Origin: an uncultured Verrucomicrobiae bacterium
GTDB lineage: Bacteria > Verrucomicrobiota > Verrucomicrobiia > Chthoniobacterales > UBA10450
DNA length: 64,000 nucleotides
Reading direction: 5' to 3'
Assembly: GCA_963756875.1 (NCBI GenBank)
Contig: CAVWPA010000003.1
Coordinates: 96,001 to 160,000 of the forward strand
Shown here: one piece after another, positions 29,592-39,987 of the stretch
Position numbering within the stretch: the stretch's first letter is position 1
How the letters are laid out: every line of letters begins with the position of its first letter
The notes under the pieces: model-generated
What the model was told of the DNA's origin: nothing
The model's database searches: none
Seen by the model: the letters and a program-made list of their open reading frames with translations, nothing else
Made by a program: the position numbers and the translations under genes

Positions 29592-31640
29592 ATGACTGCA
29601 GAACGGATGACTTCTTACTCTCCGGTGCTGGTGCCGGCATTGCACCGCATCCAGAAGCAATTTGGCTATTTGAAGCCGGAAGCTCTTGAAGCGTTTTCGA
29701 AAGAAACAGGCGTTCCGCAATATCGGCTTCAGGCGGTGGCCAGTTTCTTTCCCCACTTTCTCCTCACGCCTCCGAAGAAGGTCGTGTTGCGGATCTGTCG
29801 CGATTTGTCCTGTCATCTCGCCGGTTCCGGGAAAATGCTGCGGGAATTGAATTCGCTTACAAGCGACCAAGTCGGTGTCGAGGGAGTCTCGTGTCTCGGC
29901 CGATGCGACCGGGCGCCAGCGGCCTGCATCTCGATGCAGGGTTCCGAGCACGAAAATTATTACCTTGGACGCTCGGTTGACGAGCTAAAGGCCCTTGTCG
30001 CGGAAACTCTTAAAGGCACGCCACCGCCGCCGGATCGGGATGCCGATCAGCCGTTTGTTGGCGATGACGCCATTATCGATCCCTACAAGGGGGAGTCGCC
30101 CGATTATCGGGCGGTGCGCGCAGCAGTGGCGGCGCGCGACGCTTCCCTGAACGCGGCCATCGAATTTCTAAAAGCAAAGCCGGGGTGGACTCCGGGAATG
30201 CTGGAAAACTTTCGTGCCGGAGCTATCCGCCAACTGCGTGTCGATTTGGAAATGGACGAGGCCACTCGCGAGGCGGTGCGTTGCTGGCAGACGGAAGGCG
30301 ATTGGGCCAAGGGCCCGAAGTTGGGTGGATGGTCGGACACCCTGCTGGATGAGATCAAAGAGGCCGATCTCCGCGGACTGGGCGGCGCGGGAATTCCGGC
30401 GGTCCAAAAGTGGCGGGATGTGCGCGATGCGGTGCGAAACGCCCGGCAGCGCGACGAAGACGATCGAGCGTTTATCGTCGTGAACGGGGACGAGAGCGAA
30501 CCCGGCACGTTCAAGGATCGCGAACTTCTGCTTCGCAACGCGCACTTGATCGTCGAAGCGGTGATTCTTGCGGGATTGATTACCGAGGCGACCCAGGGTT
30601 TCATTTACATTCGTCACGAATACGCGGAACAGATCGAGGCATGCCGCGCGGAAATTCGGCGCGCGGAGCAGCTGGGGTTTTGCGGCGAAAATGCGATGTT
30701 AATCGGGCGATCTTTCCCCATCTCGGTATTCATCAGCCCCGGGGGTTACATTTGCGGCGAACAAAGCGCGCTCATCGAAGCCATGTCGGACCGCCGCGGA
30801 GAACCGCGGAACCTGCCGCCGAAACTGGAAACGAACGGGTTGGAAAACCTGCCGACACTTGTCAGTAACGTTGAAACATTTGCCTGGGTTCCGTTCATCT
30901 GCATTCACGGCGGAAAAACGTATGCGAAACAAGGAGTGAACAGCTGGAAAGGCAGGCGATATTTCTCGGTTTCAGGCGACGTGAAGCGCCCCGGTGTTTA
31001 CGAGGTGCCGATGGGAATGACATTGCGGGAGTTGATTTACGGCGATCCATACTGCCAGGGCATCGCGGGCGGCAAAAAGCTCAAAGGGTTTGCGCCCTCC
31101 GGGCCTTCCGGAGGATTCCTGCCCGCAAAACTTACGGCGAGCAAGGGTCTTCCTCGCGATCATACTAATAATGAGAGCTGGCGGGCGCTGGCGACCCGGC
31201 GGGGCTTCGATCCCTCCTCCTCCGAACTCGATATTCTGGATCTCGAACTGGAATTAAATCTCTTTCGAGCGTTGAGCCCCACACAGGCACTGGGTGCCGG
31301 CCTGGTGGTTTATGCGGAAGACCGGGATATGGCTGAGCAGGCGGTCAACTCCGTGGAATTTTTTCGCAACGAATCCTGCGGCAAATGCGTTCCCTGCCGG
31401 TTGGGATCGCAGAAACTGGCTTCACTGGGGGCCCATTTGCTCAAGGGACAAATCGATGCAGCGCGCTGGAAGGACGAAATTTTTCCGATGGTCAAAGAAA
31501 TGGGGCGGGCGATCGAGCTCGCCTCGATCTGCGGGCTGGGCCGGTCGGTGCCGGTTCCTCTCACAACAGTCGCCGCCTTCTTCGACGAAGACGTGACAAA
31601 GCATTTGTCGGGAGGAGCAAGCCAGAACGCCGAGCGTTAA
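29592..31640 (+). CDS. Fused NuoE-like (2Fe-2S) / NuoF-like (FMN, NAD(P)H, 4Fe-4S) diaphorase
   Basis: CRDLSC...CLGRC; GLGGAGIP; NGDESEPGTFKDR; GGYICGEQSAL; ESCGKCVPCRLG...SICGLG; start ATG 29592. Confidence 0.88.
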   Translation: MTAERMTSYSPVLVPALHRIQKQFGYLKPEALEAFSKETGVPQYRLQAVASFFPHFLLTPPKKVVLRICRDLSCHLAGSGKMLRELNSLTSDQVGVEGVSCLGRCDRAPAACISMQGSEHENYYLGRSVDELKALVAETLKGTPPPPDRDADQPFVGDDAIIDPYKGESPDYRAVRAAVAARDASLNAAIEFLKAKPGWTPGMLENFRAGAIRQLRVDLEMDEATREAVRCWQTEGDWAKGPKLGGWSDTLLDEIKEADLRGLGGAGIPAVQKWRDVRDAVRNARQRDEDDRAFIVVNGDESEPGTFKDRELLLRNAHLIVEAVILAGLITEATQGFIYIRHEYAEQIEACRAEIRRAEQLGFCGENAMLIGRSFPISVFISPGGYICGEQSALIEAMSDRRGEPRNLPPKLETNGLENLPTLVSNVETFAWVPFICIHGGKTYAKQGVNSWKGRRYFSVSGDVKRPGVYEVPMGMTLRELIYGDPYCQGIAGGKKLKGFAPSGPSGGFLPAKLTASKGLPRDHTNNESWRALATRRGFDPSSSELDILDLELELNLFRALSPTQALGAGLVVYAEDRDMAEQAVNSVEFFRNESCGKCVPCRLGSQKLASLGAHLLKGQIDAARWKDEIFPMVKEMGRAIELASICGLGRSVPVPLTTVAAFFDEDVTKHLSGGASQNAER

Positions 31641-31655
31641 CCTGAATCATAGCCA

Positions 31656-34188
31656 ATGCCTGTACAATCCGATTTCGTTGCCGGTCTGTTCGTCCGTGAC
31701 GACGACGAAGGGTTATTCAGCCGGGACATCAACGGCCAACTCGTTAGGCTCGATGCGCCGACAGAATCCGACTACGAAAAAAACGTAACGCTTCAGATCG
31801 ACGGTGTGCCGGTCACCGTGCCGCTGGCCGAGCCTTTGACCGATGCCAATGGCAATATCGTGGTCGATCTGGAGGGGCGCACCACGCCGCGTTACACCAC
31901 AATCTACGACGCGGCGCGAAAGCTCTACGTGGAGCAGGTAGGCGACGAAAAGAAAATTCCGATCCCGGTTCTCTGCCATCAACCTCACATGCATCCGGTT
32001 GCGGTCTGCCGGCTTTGCGTCGTGCAAATCTACGGGCAAAAGCGGGGCCGCCGCGCCGCGGAGCGTAAACTGTTGCCGGCGTGCCAGCACCAGGTCAGAG
32101 ACGGGATGGAAGTTTTCACCATGAACGCTCCCGGCCCCGATGGCGACCGAGTTCGGCAGACGGTGAAAGTCGTGACAGAACTTTTGGCGGCGGATCATCT
32201 CAAGCCGGCCCATCCTCCGGAGCTGGAGCAGGAACTCGCGCATTTCAATGAGCTCGGCCAGATGTCGGAACGATGCGGCGCCGATCCGTCGCGCTTCAAG
32301 CTGGAGATGCTCTCGAATCCGCCGCCGCCCGCGCGGCCGCGCGCCGGCCGGCGCGAATACGATACTTCTTCTCCCGTCTTCCTGGTCGATCATAGCGCCT
32401 GCATTCTGTGCGACCGATGTGTGCGGGCGTGTGACGATGTCAGGGAAAACCACGTCATTGGACGGACCGGAAAAGGAGCAACCGCCGGAATTGGCTTCGA
32501 TCTGAATGTTCCGATGGGTCAATCGACCTGCGTGCAATGCGGCGAATGCCTGGTCTCCTGTCCCACCAGCGCCATCACATTCAAGTCCGTCGCTCAGATT
32601 GATATCCGCACCAAGGATCGATCCGCCGAAGTGCTGAGGGCAAGAGAGTTGATTTCCGATCCCATTTTCGCGGGAATTTCACCCAAGTTTTTGCTCTGGC
32701 AGCGGGGTTTGGTCATCCGCCGGCGGGTCAAAGCCGGCCAGGTCCTGTGCCGGCCAGGGAGATCCCGGCAACACCGCGTTCATCATTCGGCGAGGCAGGT
32801 TCAAAGTCACCGTCTATCCGAGGGCGCCGGGATCGGGTCAGGCCATTCCGTGGTTTCATCGCCAAAAGCCGGTCTTCGAACGGCAACTGACTCCCGCAGA
32901 CATGATCGTCGGCGAGATGGCCTGTTTGAGCGGATCGCCGCGCGCCGCGAACGTGACAGCGCTGGAAGAAGGCGAAGTCTGGGAGATCCGCCGCAACGTG
33001 CTCGATCGGTTGATGCGACTCCCGAGCCAACGCCGGCGATTCGAAACCGAATACCGGGAACGCTCCCTGGACCTCGCTTTGCAGGACACAGACTTGTTCA
33101 AGGGAATCGAACAGGAGGAGTACGGGCGCATCGTGGACTACCTTCGGCATCGCCTTGCCTTCGTTCGTGTTCATGCAGGCCAAACCCTTTTCGAGCACGG
33201 CGACGTCGCGACCCACTTGTATTTCGTTAGGCTCGGCCATGTCCGCATCAGCGTTTCTCAATACGGCAGGGAAGCCAAGGTGATCTCGTCGGGGCCCGGC
33301 ACAGTCCTGGGCGAGATTGGGCTTCTGGCATTTACTCCCGGGGATAACCAAAAATCCGTAGACGAAATCGATCGGGCCCTGAAAGTGGCGCTCGATCGAG
33401 CAGGCGGCGATTTTAGCCATGCTTTTCCGCCCGGCACGCGAACGGCCACCTGCTCCGCCTTGAACCATCTGGAGTTAGCGCAGCTCAGTCGTACCGATTT
33501 TCTCGAGATGTTATCGAAGTTCGGGGTCCTTCGCCGCAGAATCGTGGAGCAATCTCTCGCTCGTTTGCACAGCTCGAACGTCGGGCATCGGCTCCTTGAT
33601 ACCTACGTCGCGCAAGGCCTCTACGAGGGCCAGAGCGTTCTCGTGCTCGATCTGGATAATTGCACGCGATGCGACGCATGCACCCGGGGCTGCGTCGAGC
33701 AGCATGGGACAGCGACCCACGGCATTCCCATCCCACGCCTGCTCCGCGACGGACGGCGCCTGGATCGTTTCATGATCGCGACCTCCTGCCGGTCCTGCAC
33801 CGATCCACATTGCATGGTCGGATGCCCGGTCGATTCCATTCATCGAGGCAAACATCTTCAGATCGTAATCGAGGACCATTGTATAGGGTGCGGCTTATGC
33901 GCTGAAAACTGCCCTTATGGCAGTATCTTTATGATACCTAACGAGCGAAACCGCGTTGCCATGCCTGACCTCGGGCACGCCGGGCAAACCCACATCGTCG
34001 GCCAGCTTAAGGCCGCCAATTGCGATCTATGCGATGCGAGGGGTGAGCTATCCTCGCCGCGGCCAGCGTGTGTCGCCGCGTGTCCGCACGATGCTGCCTT
34101 CCGTTTGACCGGGCCGGAACTGCTCGAGCGCGTGATGAAAGCGCACGCGCAGGAAACTCAATGGGGAATTCCTCCTGGCGCCGTTTAG
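31656..34188 (+). CDS. 2Fe-2S / 2x4Fe-4S / 2x cNMP-binding / 4x4Fe-4S multidomain protein, split by a 1-nt insertion at ~32754
   Basis: LCH...VCRLC...PAC; CILCDRCVRAC; CVQCGECLVSCP; repaired LCRQGDPGNTAFII; GEMACLSGSPRAANV; second cNMP domain GEIGLL...RTATC; CTRCDACTRGC, CRSCTDPHCMVGCP, CIGCGLCAENCP, CDLC...ACVAACP. Confidence 0.85.
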
Positions 34189-34230
34189 AAAAAATCGACT
34201 GCAGGTCTCTCTTTCCGAGCGTCGAGCAAA

Positions 34231-34815
34231 TCAGGTCGTCGAAGCGGGTGGTGCAATCGGTTTTGCCGCAGCCGCAGCTTTCTTTGCCGCAGCAGCGGCC
34301 GCCGCTTCGGCAAGTTTCGCATCGACATCCGCCGCCTCAACCGGATGAATCCTGTGATAGTATTCGTTCGATTTCGACAGGTCGCCCTTGAGCATCAGCA
34401 ACGCGTCGAACCGCTCCCGCGTGCTAAGCTCGAATTCCTTGTCCATTTTGATCGCCTCAAACGGACAGACCTCGACACAAATCTGGCAGCTCATGCAGAC
34501 GGAGACGTCAATGTCGAAGACCGCCGGATAAAATTGCGGTTTGCCGATGTAATCGGGCTTTTTGTCCGTGCTCTTGGTGATGTAGATGCACTGCGGCGGA
34601 CATTCTTTCTCGCAAATCTTGCACGCCACGCAGCGCAGTCCCGCGTCGGGATCGTCCCCGTCGTAAATCAGAAACGGAAAATTGCGGTAGTTCTCCGGCA
34701 GCGGGTCGCGCTCCTCCGGATATTGCACCGTGATCAGCCGGTCCTTTTCGAAATAACTTCCGACGAAGTTCCGGGCCGTAACGGCCATCCCTTTAAGTAT
34801 GCCTGTGCCGATCAT
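34231..34815 (-). CDS. nuoI: NADH-quinone oxidoreductase subunit I
   Basis: TVQYPEE, CVACKICEKECP, CMSCQICVEVCP.EAI. Confidence 0.9.
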   Translation of the reverse strand: MIGTGILKGMAVTARNFVGSYFEKDRLITVQYPEERDPLPENYRNFPFLIYDGDDPDAGLRCVACKICEKECPPQCIYITKSTDKKPDYIGKPQFYPAVFDIDVSVCMSCQICVEVCPFEAIKMDKEFELSTRERFDALLMLKGDLSKSNEYYHRIHPVEAADVDAKLAEAAAAAAAKKAAAAAKPIAPPASTT

Positions 34816-34822
34816 GACAGAT

Positions 34823-34915
34823 GAAAGATACTAGATTCTGGATGCTTGATACTGGATAACCGCGTCCTCGCCGGCCTGCGACGTCCAGCATCTAGAATTG
34901 AGGATCCAGCATCGT
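34823..34915. repeat. 7-nt periodic inverted repeat (GATGCTG/CAGCATC type)
   Basis: gatactagattctggatgcttgatactggat ... tccagcatctagaattgaggatccagcatc. Confidence 0.65.
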
Positions 34916-34921
34916 TTTTCA

Positions 34922-36082
34922 TCAGCGGTCCACTTCTCCCATCACAATATCGACACTGCCAAGAATTACCATCACGTCGGGCACGGTGTGGCCAAGGCAC
35001 ATGTCTTCCAGAATCGTCAGGTTGATGAAACTGGGCGGGCGCACACGATATCGGTACGGACCCGGTCCACCGTCGCTGATCAAATAGAAACCGAGCTCGC
35101 CTTTGGGTGCCTCGATGCGGCCGTACGCCTCGCCGACCGGCGGCTTGAAAGCGCGGAGCTTCACCTTCGGATTCACGATCGGGCCGGCCGGAATTTGCTC
35201 CAAAGCCTGCTTTAAAATCCCGACGCTCTCGCGCATTTCCAGGCTGCGCATCATCAACCGGTCGTATGTGTCGCCATGCTCGCCCAGGGGAATACGAAAC
35301 TTAAAGCGCGGGTAAAATCCGTAGCCGTCTACTTTGCGCACGTCGTAATTCACGCCGCTTGCGCGCAGCATGGGGCCGGTGATTCCGGCGCTGATGGCCA
35401 GATCGGCGGGAATCTTTCCCACGTTTTGTGTGCGGGCGATGACGATTTCGTTCCCGATGACCAAATCGTCCAGCTCGTCGATAAAGCGGGGAAAGCGATC
35501 GGCAATTTCCTTCGCGCGAGCGAGCCATTCCGGCGTCGTATCCACGCGGCAGCCGCCGAACCGCATGTAGTCGCACATCATGCGCGAACCGGAGAGCGAT
35601 TCGAATAAATCGAGAATCTTTTCGCGCTCCCGAAACGCGTACATCAACGGTGTGCCCCACGCGCCCATGTCGCTGAGTAGAAATCCAAGCAGCGAAGCGT
35701 GGTTCTGGAGTCGAGTCAGTTCCGCGAGAATAATTCTCAGATATTCCGCGCGTTCGGGCACTTCGATCCCGGCAAGCTTCTCCACGCTCAACGCGTAGGC
35801 CCAGTTGTTCGTCATCGAGCAAAAATAATCGAGGCGATCGGTGTACGGCATCGAACCGAGATAGCTCGTGTTCTCGCCGATCTTCTCGTGATTGCGATGC
35901 AGATACCCGAAAACCGGCTTGAGCTTGCGCACGATCTCGCCATCGAGCGCAACGTTCATGCGAAAGACACCGTGAGTCGACGGGTGCTGCGGCCCCATCG
36001 ATACTTCGAGCAGTTCGCCATCCAGCCGGGAGCTCATCCCCGCTGGCGCTTGCTCAAGTTCTTGAAAACCTGTCGCGCTCAT
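34922..36082 (-). CDS. nuoD: NADH-quinone oxidoreductase subunit D
   Basis: [29 protein letters not shown], terminal GEVDR; no CxxC Ni ligands. Confidence 0.93.
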   Translation of the reverse strand: MSATGFQELEQAPAGMSSRLDGELLEVSMGPQHPSTHGVFRMNVALDGEIVRKLKPVFGYLHRNHEKIGENTSYLGSMPYTDRLDYFCSMTNNWAYALSVEKLAGIEVPERAEYLRIILAELTRLQNHASLLGFLLSDMGAWGTPLMYAFREREKILDLFESLSGSRMMCDYMRFGGCRVDTTPEWLARAKEIADRFPRFIDELDDLVIGNEIVIARTQNVGKIPADLAISAGITGPMLRASGVNYDVRKVDGYGFYPRFKFRIPLGEHGDTYDRLMMRSLEMRESVGILKQALEQIPAGPIVNPKVKLRAFKPPVGEAYGRIEAPKGELGFYLISDGGPGPYRYRVRPPSFINLTILEDMCLGHTVPDVMVILGSVDIVMGEVDR

Positions 36083-36245
36083 TTTATTCAAGGAATTCAA
36101 ACCAGCCACAGATGAACACAGATTGACACAGATTTGGATTCTTGTTCCTTCTTCATCTGTGTTTGAAACTCGCTCGTCTCCCCGACTCGCTCGCCGCTAC
36201 CCTGCGCGGCTTTACCTTCTATGTCGCTTATGCCATTCGCTCCAT

Positions 36246-36920
36246 TCATCTGTGTGAATCTGTGGCCGTGATATTTTCCGCGCCGTCCAATTGCGGCCGC
36301 GGCGGATAATGCTGTTTCGCTCTCTCCAGCACGTGATCGTGCGGCGTCGGTTCGTATTCGTAATCGTCCGGCTCGCGATAATCTTTCCGCATCGGATAAT
36401 CGACAAACTCGTCCCACATTAAAATGCGGCGCAGGTCAGGATGGCCGTCGAAGCGGATACCGTAGAGATCGAAAATTTCGCGTTCCTGAAATTCGGCGCT
36501 CCGCCAAATTGGCGTGAGCGAAGGCAACCGCGCGCCATCTGCGCGATCCCGCGTCCGCATTCGGATCACGACTGGCCCATGTTTGCGCTCCATCGAATAA
36601 AGGTGATAGACCGCTTCGAGATACCCGGGGATTTTTTCCTCGGTCGTTTGATCGATCTCTTTCTCCACGCCATCGACGGTCTGTTTCACTTTCACCGTTT
36701 TCTTTACCGTGCGATCGAGCCAATCGACACCGGTCGCATTCGAACAGAAATCGAATCGCAATGTTGGATCGTCGCGCAGAAACCGCGCGACTGCCTCCGC
36801 ATGTTCGTGGTCGATCAGGAGCGACGGTTGATTCGCCGGGCCCGGATTCGGCACGGTGTCGATCTTCGCCCCGGGCACAGCGCCTTGCGCGCGTGTCTTA
36901 ATTTGCTCGAGAGTTTCCAT
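36246..36920 (-). CDS. nuoC: NADH-quinone oxidoreductase subunit C
   Basis: EREIFDLYGI.F.GHPDLRRILM...YPMRKDY. Confidence 0.9.
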   Translation of the reverse strand: METLEQIKTRAQGAVPGAKIDTVPNPGPANQPSLLIDHEHAEAVARFLRDDPTLRFDFCSNATGVDWLDRTVKKTVKVKQTVDGVEKEIDQTTEEKIPGYLEAVYHLYSMERKHGPVVIRMRTRDRADGARLPSLTPIWRSAEFQEREIFDLYGIRFDGHPDLRRILMWDEFVDYPMRKDYREPDDYEYEPTPHDHVLERAKQHYPPRPQLDGAENITATDSHR

Positions 36921-36942
36921 TCCTTAAAGGCAAATTCCTTCT

Positions 36943-37047
36943 CAGCCACAGACGGACACAGATTTACACGGATTTTTCTGCCGAGTCCTGCATCCTGAGC
37001 ACCATGTTCTTTTATCTGTGTTTAATCGGTGTTAATCGGTGGCTAAA
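36943..37047. repeat. 9-nt periodic inverted repeat (ACACAGATT type); sister copy at 36103-36270
   Basis: agccacagacggacacagatttacacggat ... atctgtgtttaatcggtgttaatcggtggct. Confidence 0.7.
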
Positions 37048-37680
37048 TTAGCTTTTCGCATCTCGCTCCACTTTCGCTGGGTGAAAAACGTCCGGGTTCG
37101 TTGATGGTTCCAGATCGTGCTCACCAAAACGCGGCACCGGAAATTCGCTCGGCTGGTTGGGATCGAGAAAATCGGCCTTGTCGGGGCCGGTCAGCTTCTG
37201 ATCGTCGATCTTGTGCTGCAGTTCCATGAACGCGTGCAGCAAAGCTTCCGGGCGGGGCGGGCAACCAGGGATATAAACATCGACCGGAATATAACGGTCG
37301 ATGCCTTTCAAAACGTTGTAGCCCTGTTTGAAGGGACCGCCTGAGATCGCGCACGCGCCCATGGCAATGACATATTTCGGATCGGGCATCTGGTTATAAA
37401 GCCGCACAATCTGCGGCGCCATTTTTTTGGTCACCGTGCCGGCCACGATCATCAGATCGGCCTGGCGCGGCGAGGGCCGGAAAACTTCGCCACCGAACCG
37501 CGCGAGATCGTAACGCGACGCAGCAGCAGCAATCATTTCGATGGCACAACAGGCCAGGCCAAACTGGAGCGGCCAGATGGAATTCCTGCGTCCCCAGTTG
37601 TACAAGTCTTGCATCGAAGTCGCCCAGACGCCCTGCCGTTGCAGCTCGGTACGCAGCTTCTCGTCGATTTCTTCTTTCAT
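37048..37680 (-). CDS. nuoB: NADH-quinone oxidoreductase subunit B
   Basis: [39 protein letters not shown]. Confidence 0.95.
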   Translation of the reverse strand: MKEEIDEKLRTELQRQGVWATSMQDLYNWGRRNSIWPLQFGLACCAIEMIAAAASRYDLARFGGEVFRPSPRQADLMIVAGTVTKKMAPQIVRLYNQMPDPKYVIAMGACAISGGPFKQGYNVLKGIDRYIPVDVYIPGCPPRPEALLHAFMELQHKIDDQKLTGPDKADFLDPNQPSEFPVPRFGEHDLEPSTNPDVFHPAKVERDAKS

Positions 37681-37696
37681 GTTTCTCTTGAAGGCT

Positions 37697-38086
37697 TCAA
37701 TCGCTCAACGGTTCACCCTGCCAATGTAGACAACCTTTTCCCCACGCCCAAACCAGACCCTCGATTAACAGGAACAGGAAAACCAGGATCGCAACGAACG
37801 CGCCCACCGATAAACCAGTGAAAGCGACCGCAAACGGGACCAGAAAAATCGCCTCTACGTCGAAGACCAGGAAGATGATGGCGTAAAGATAATACTGCGA
37901 CTGGAACTGGATCTGTGCCTCGCCTAACGACTCGACGCCGCATTCGTAGGTCGCGTTTTTTTCCGGACCCGGCCTGGGCGGCTGGAAAAATCTTCTCCAC
38001 AGCCATGCCAGCGCGAGAGGGATCAGCGGGAACACCAGGGCAACACCAATAAAAACGACGATGAAAAAATACGGATTCGGATTCAC
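37697..38086 (-). CDS. nuoA: NADH-quinone oxidoreductase subunit A
   Basis: [22 protein letters not shown] start at 38086. Confidence 0.9.
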   Translation of the reverse strand: MNPNPYFFIVVFIGVALVFPLIPLALAWLWRRFFQPPRPGPEKNATYECGVESLGEAQIQFQSQYYLYAIIFLVFDVEAIFLVPFAVAFTGLSVGAFVAILVFLFLLIEGLVWAWGKGCLHWQGEPLSD

Positions 38087-38172
38087 GAAATTCGACCTGT
38101 TCCAATTTACAGCAAAGGGCGGCGCGGCACAGGTTTTTTTAGGCGTAGCGATGAATCTCCAGCCGCCGGCCT

Positions 38173-39351
38173 CTAGCGGTCCTCTCTCGACTGCCGGCTC
38201 GCGACAAGAACGACAGGCAGCGCTGCGAGCTGGCTGATGACGGAAAACAGGACGACGGCCGTGATCGATCGGTCGTAGAGAAAACCCATTAAAGCGCTTC
38301 CGAGGAACCACGCGACGCCAAAGCCGGTGTCAAAAAGCCCGAACCCGGTGCTTCGTTTGCGCGCCGGAATAATTCTCGTCAACGCCGCCTTCAACAATGA
38401 ATCCTGGCCGCCCATGCCGATTCCCCAAAGCACCATCCCAGCCAGCGCAAGGCCGGGTCCTCCGAAAAAAACAAAGGGCGCGAACAAAGCGCCCAGAAAA
38501 AAGACCAGCACCATGATTGGCGCCCCCGCTCTGTCATACGCGCGTCCGAAGATCAGCGAACTAAGCGCTCCCATTGCCATCGCCACGGAGTAAAAGACCG
38601 GGACAGCGCTTTTCGACAGAACGTTCGCCTTTTCGAAATGAAATGCGATCAGGGAAAAATCTGCGAAACCGGCGGCAATGAGCGCGCCCGCCCCCAGATA
38701 AATCCAGTATGCAGTTGGAAACGCTTTTTCTTGAACCTCGGAATCCGACCTGGTCTCCAGTTCATGCGGCCGCGGATGAAAAATCCGCGCCACAACGAGC
38801 GTGGCGAGACAAAGCAGCGCAGACCCCAAAAGAACGGCGAACGCATGCTGGTAGGTGCCGTGCAAAAAGAGAACAAGCGCAACCACGAGCGGACCAATCG
38901 TCGCACCCGCCTGATCGAGCGCTTCGTTCAAGCCGAAGACCCAGCCTGCGCCAATCGATTCGCCCGCATGCGAAAGCATGGAATCGACAGCCGGCTTCCG
39001 GATGGCCCGCCCGGTCCGTTCGGCGACGATCAACACGGCGGCGGCGGGCCAGTTGCCTGCAAGAGCGAGGGCGGGAACGGCCAGCATGTTCACCGCGTAT
39101 CCAATAAAAGTCAGCAGCCAGTATCTGGCCGTGCGATCCGCGAAATAGCCGGACACCGATCGCAAACCGAAGCCGATCAACTCGCCAAACCCGGCGATAA
39201 AGCCGACCGCTGTCGCACTTGCGCCCAGTGCCTCGAGGAATTCACCGGTAATTCCGCGCCCGCCTTCATAGGTGAGATCGGCAAACAGGTTTACGATGCC
39301 GACCAGGAGGACGAATTGAAGCGCCGCTTTTGCTCTGCCGCTTTTCGCCAT
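38173..39351 (-). CDS. MFS transporter
   Basis: About 12 TM helices, SGYFADRT motif A-like. Confidence 0.85.
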   Translation of the reverse strand: MAKSGRAKAALQFVLLVGIVNLFADLTYEGGRGITGEFLEALGASATAVGFIAGFGELIGFGLRSVSGYFADRTARYWLLTFIGYAVNMLAVPALALAGNWPAAAVLIVAERTGRAIRKPAVDSMLSHAGESIGAGWVFGLNEALDQAGATIGPLVVALVLFLHGTYQHAFAVLLGSALLCLATLVVARIFHPRPHELETRSDSEVQEKAFPTAYWIYLGAGALIAAGFADFSLIAFHFEKANVLSKSAVPVFYSVAMAMGALSSLIFGRAYDRAGAPIMVLVFFLGALFAPFVFFGGPGLALAGMVLWGIGMGGQDSLLKAALTRIIPARKRSTGFGLFDTGFGVAWFLGSALMGFLYDRSITAVVLFSVISQLAALPVVLVASRQSREDR

Positions 39352-39367
39352 GAAACAGGCGGACCGG

Positions 39368-39850
39368 CTAAGAAGGTGCAGATTTCCGGCTCGCCCGCAA
39401 GATCACCGCGTCGAGCGACAAAGCGCCCGCGCCGACGAGGAGGAGAAAAAGGGAACCGAACCACATTGCAAAATCGGCGCGCCCCTGGTGAATCATGCTC
39501 AGGAACCCGTAACGCGGCAGTTTCTCCAGCGAAAATCCCCAGAACCCGTAGCCAAGGAGGATGGGAATTTTTGTGGAGAGAATCGCCACGCTAATCTCAA
39601 TCCAGAGAACAATCGACGCCAGTCGCGTAAGCAAACCGAAAATAAGAAATACGCCGCAGATTATTTCTACGCCGGCGACGAACGGTCCCATCGCTTCCGG
39701 CCTGGGAATGCCGATCCTGGCAAATCGTCCGGCGCCGAGATCGGCCGGATAGAAGAACTTCAGAATGCCTTCCGCCAGGAACACGCCGCCCACCACGATG
39801 CGAATGAGGAAGGTGGCTGCAGAGGCCTTTGTGGCGAATAACCAGCGCAT
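39368..39850 (-). CDS. DoxX family membrane protein
   Basis: RI.VG.VF..EG..K, EI.CG..L..GLLTR, GAG.LSLD. Confidence 0.85.
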   Translation of the reverse strand: MRWLFATKASAATFLIRIVVGGVFLAEGILKFFYPADLGAGRFARIGIPRPEAMGPFVAGVEIICGVFLIFGLLTRLASIVLWIEISVAILSTKIPILLGYGFWGFSLEKLPRYGFLSMIHQGRADFAMWFGSLFLLLVGAGALSLDAVILRASRKSAPS

Positions 39851-39987
39851 TGTCAGACTGTAGGAGTAAACTGCGCCAGATTGTAAATGCCCAGCTTTTT
39901 TTCAATGCCGGCAACTTTGTCCACCAGCCGGGACAACCCGCCGCACCTTGACGGAACGGCGCGCAGGTTCAGGTTGGTTCTGTCGCA

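Noticed and set aside
32745..32765. Programmed ribosomal frameshifting
   Set aside because: No slippery heptamer; same extra-G/C signature as three unrelated genes, so error is more likely
34922..37680. Group 4 [NiFe] hydrogenase
   Set aside because: Large subunit lacks both CxxC motifs and ends GEVDR; small subunit has the NuoB CC motif
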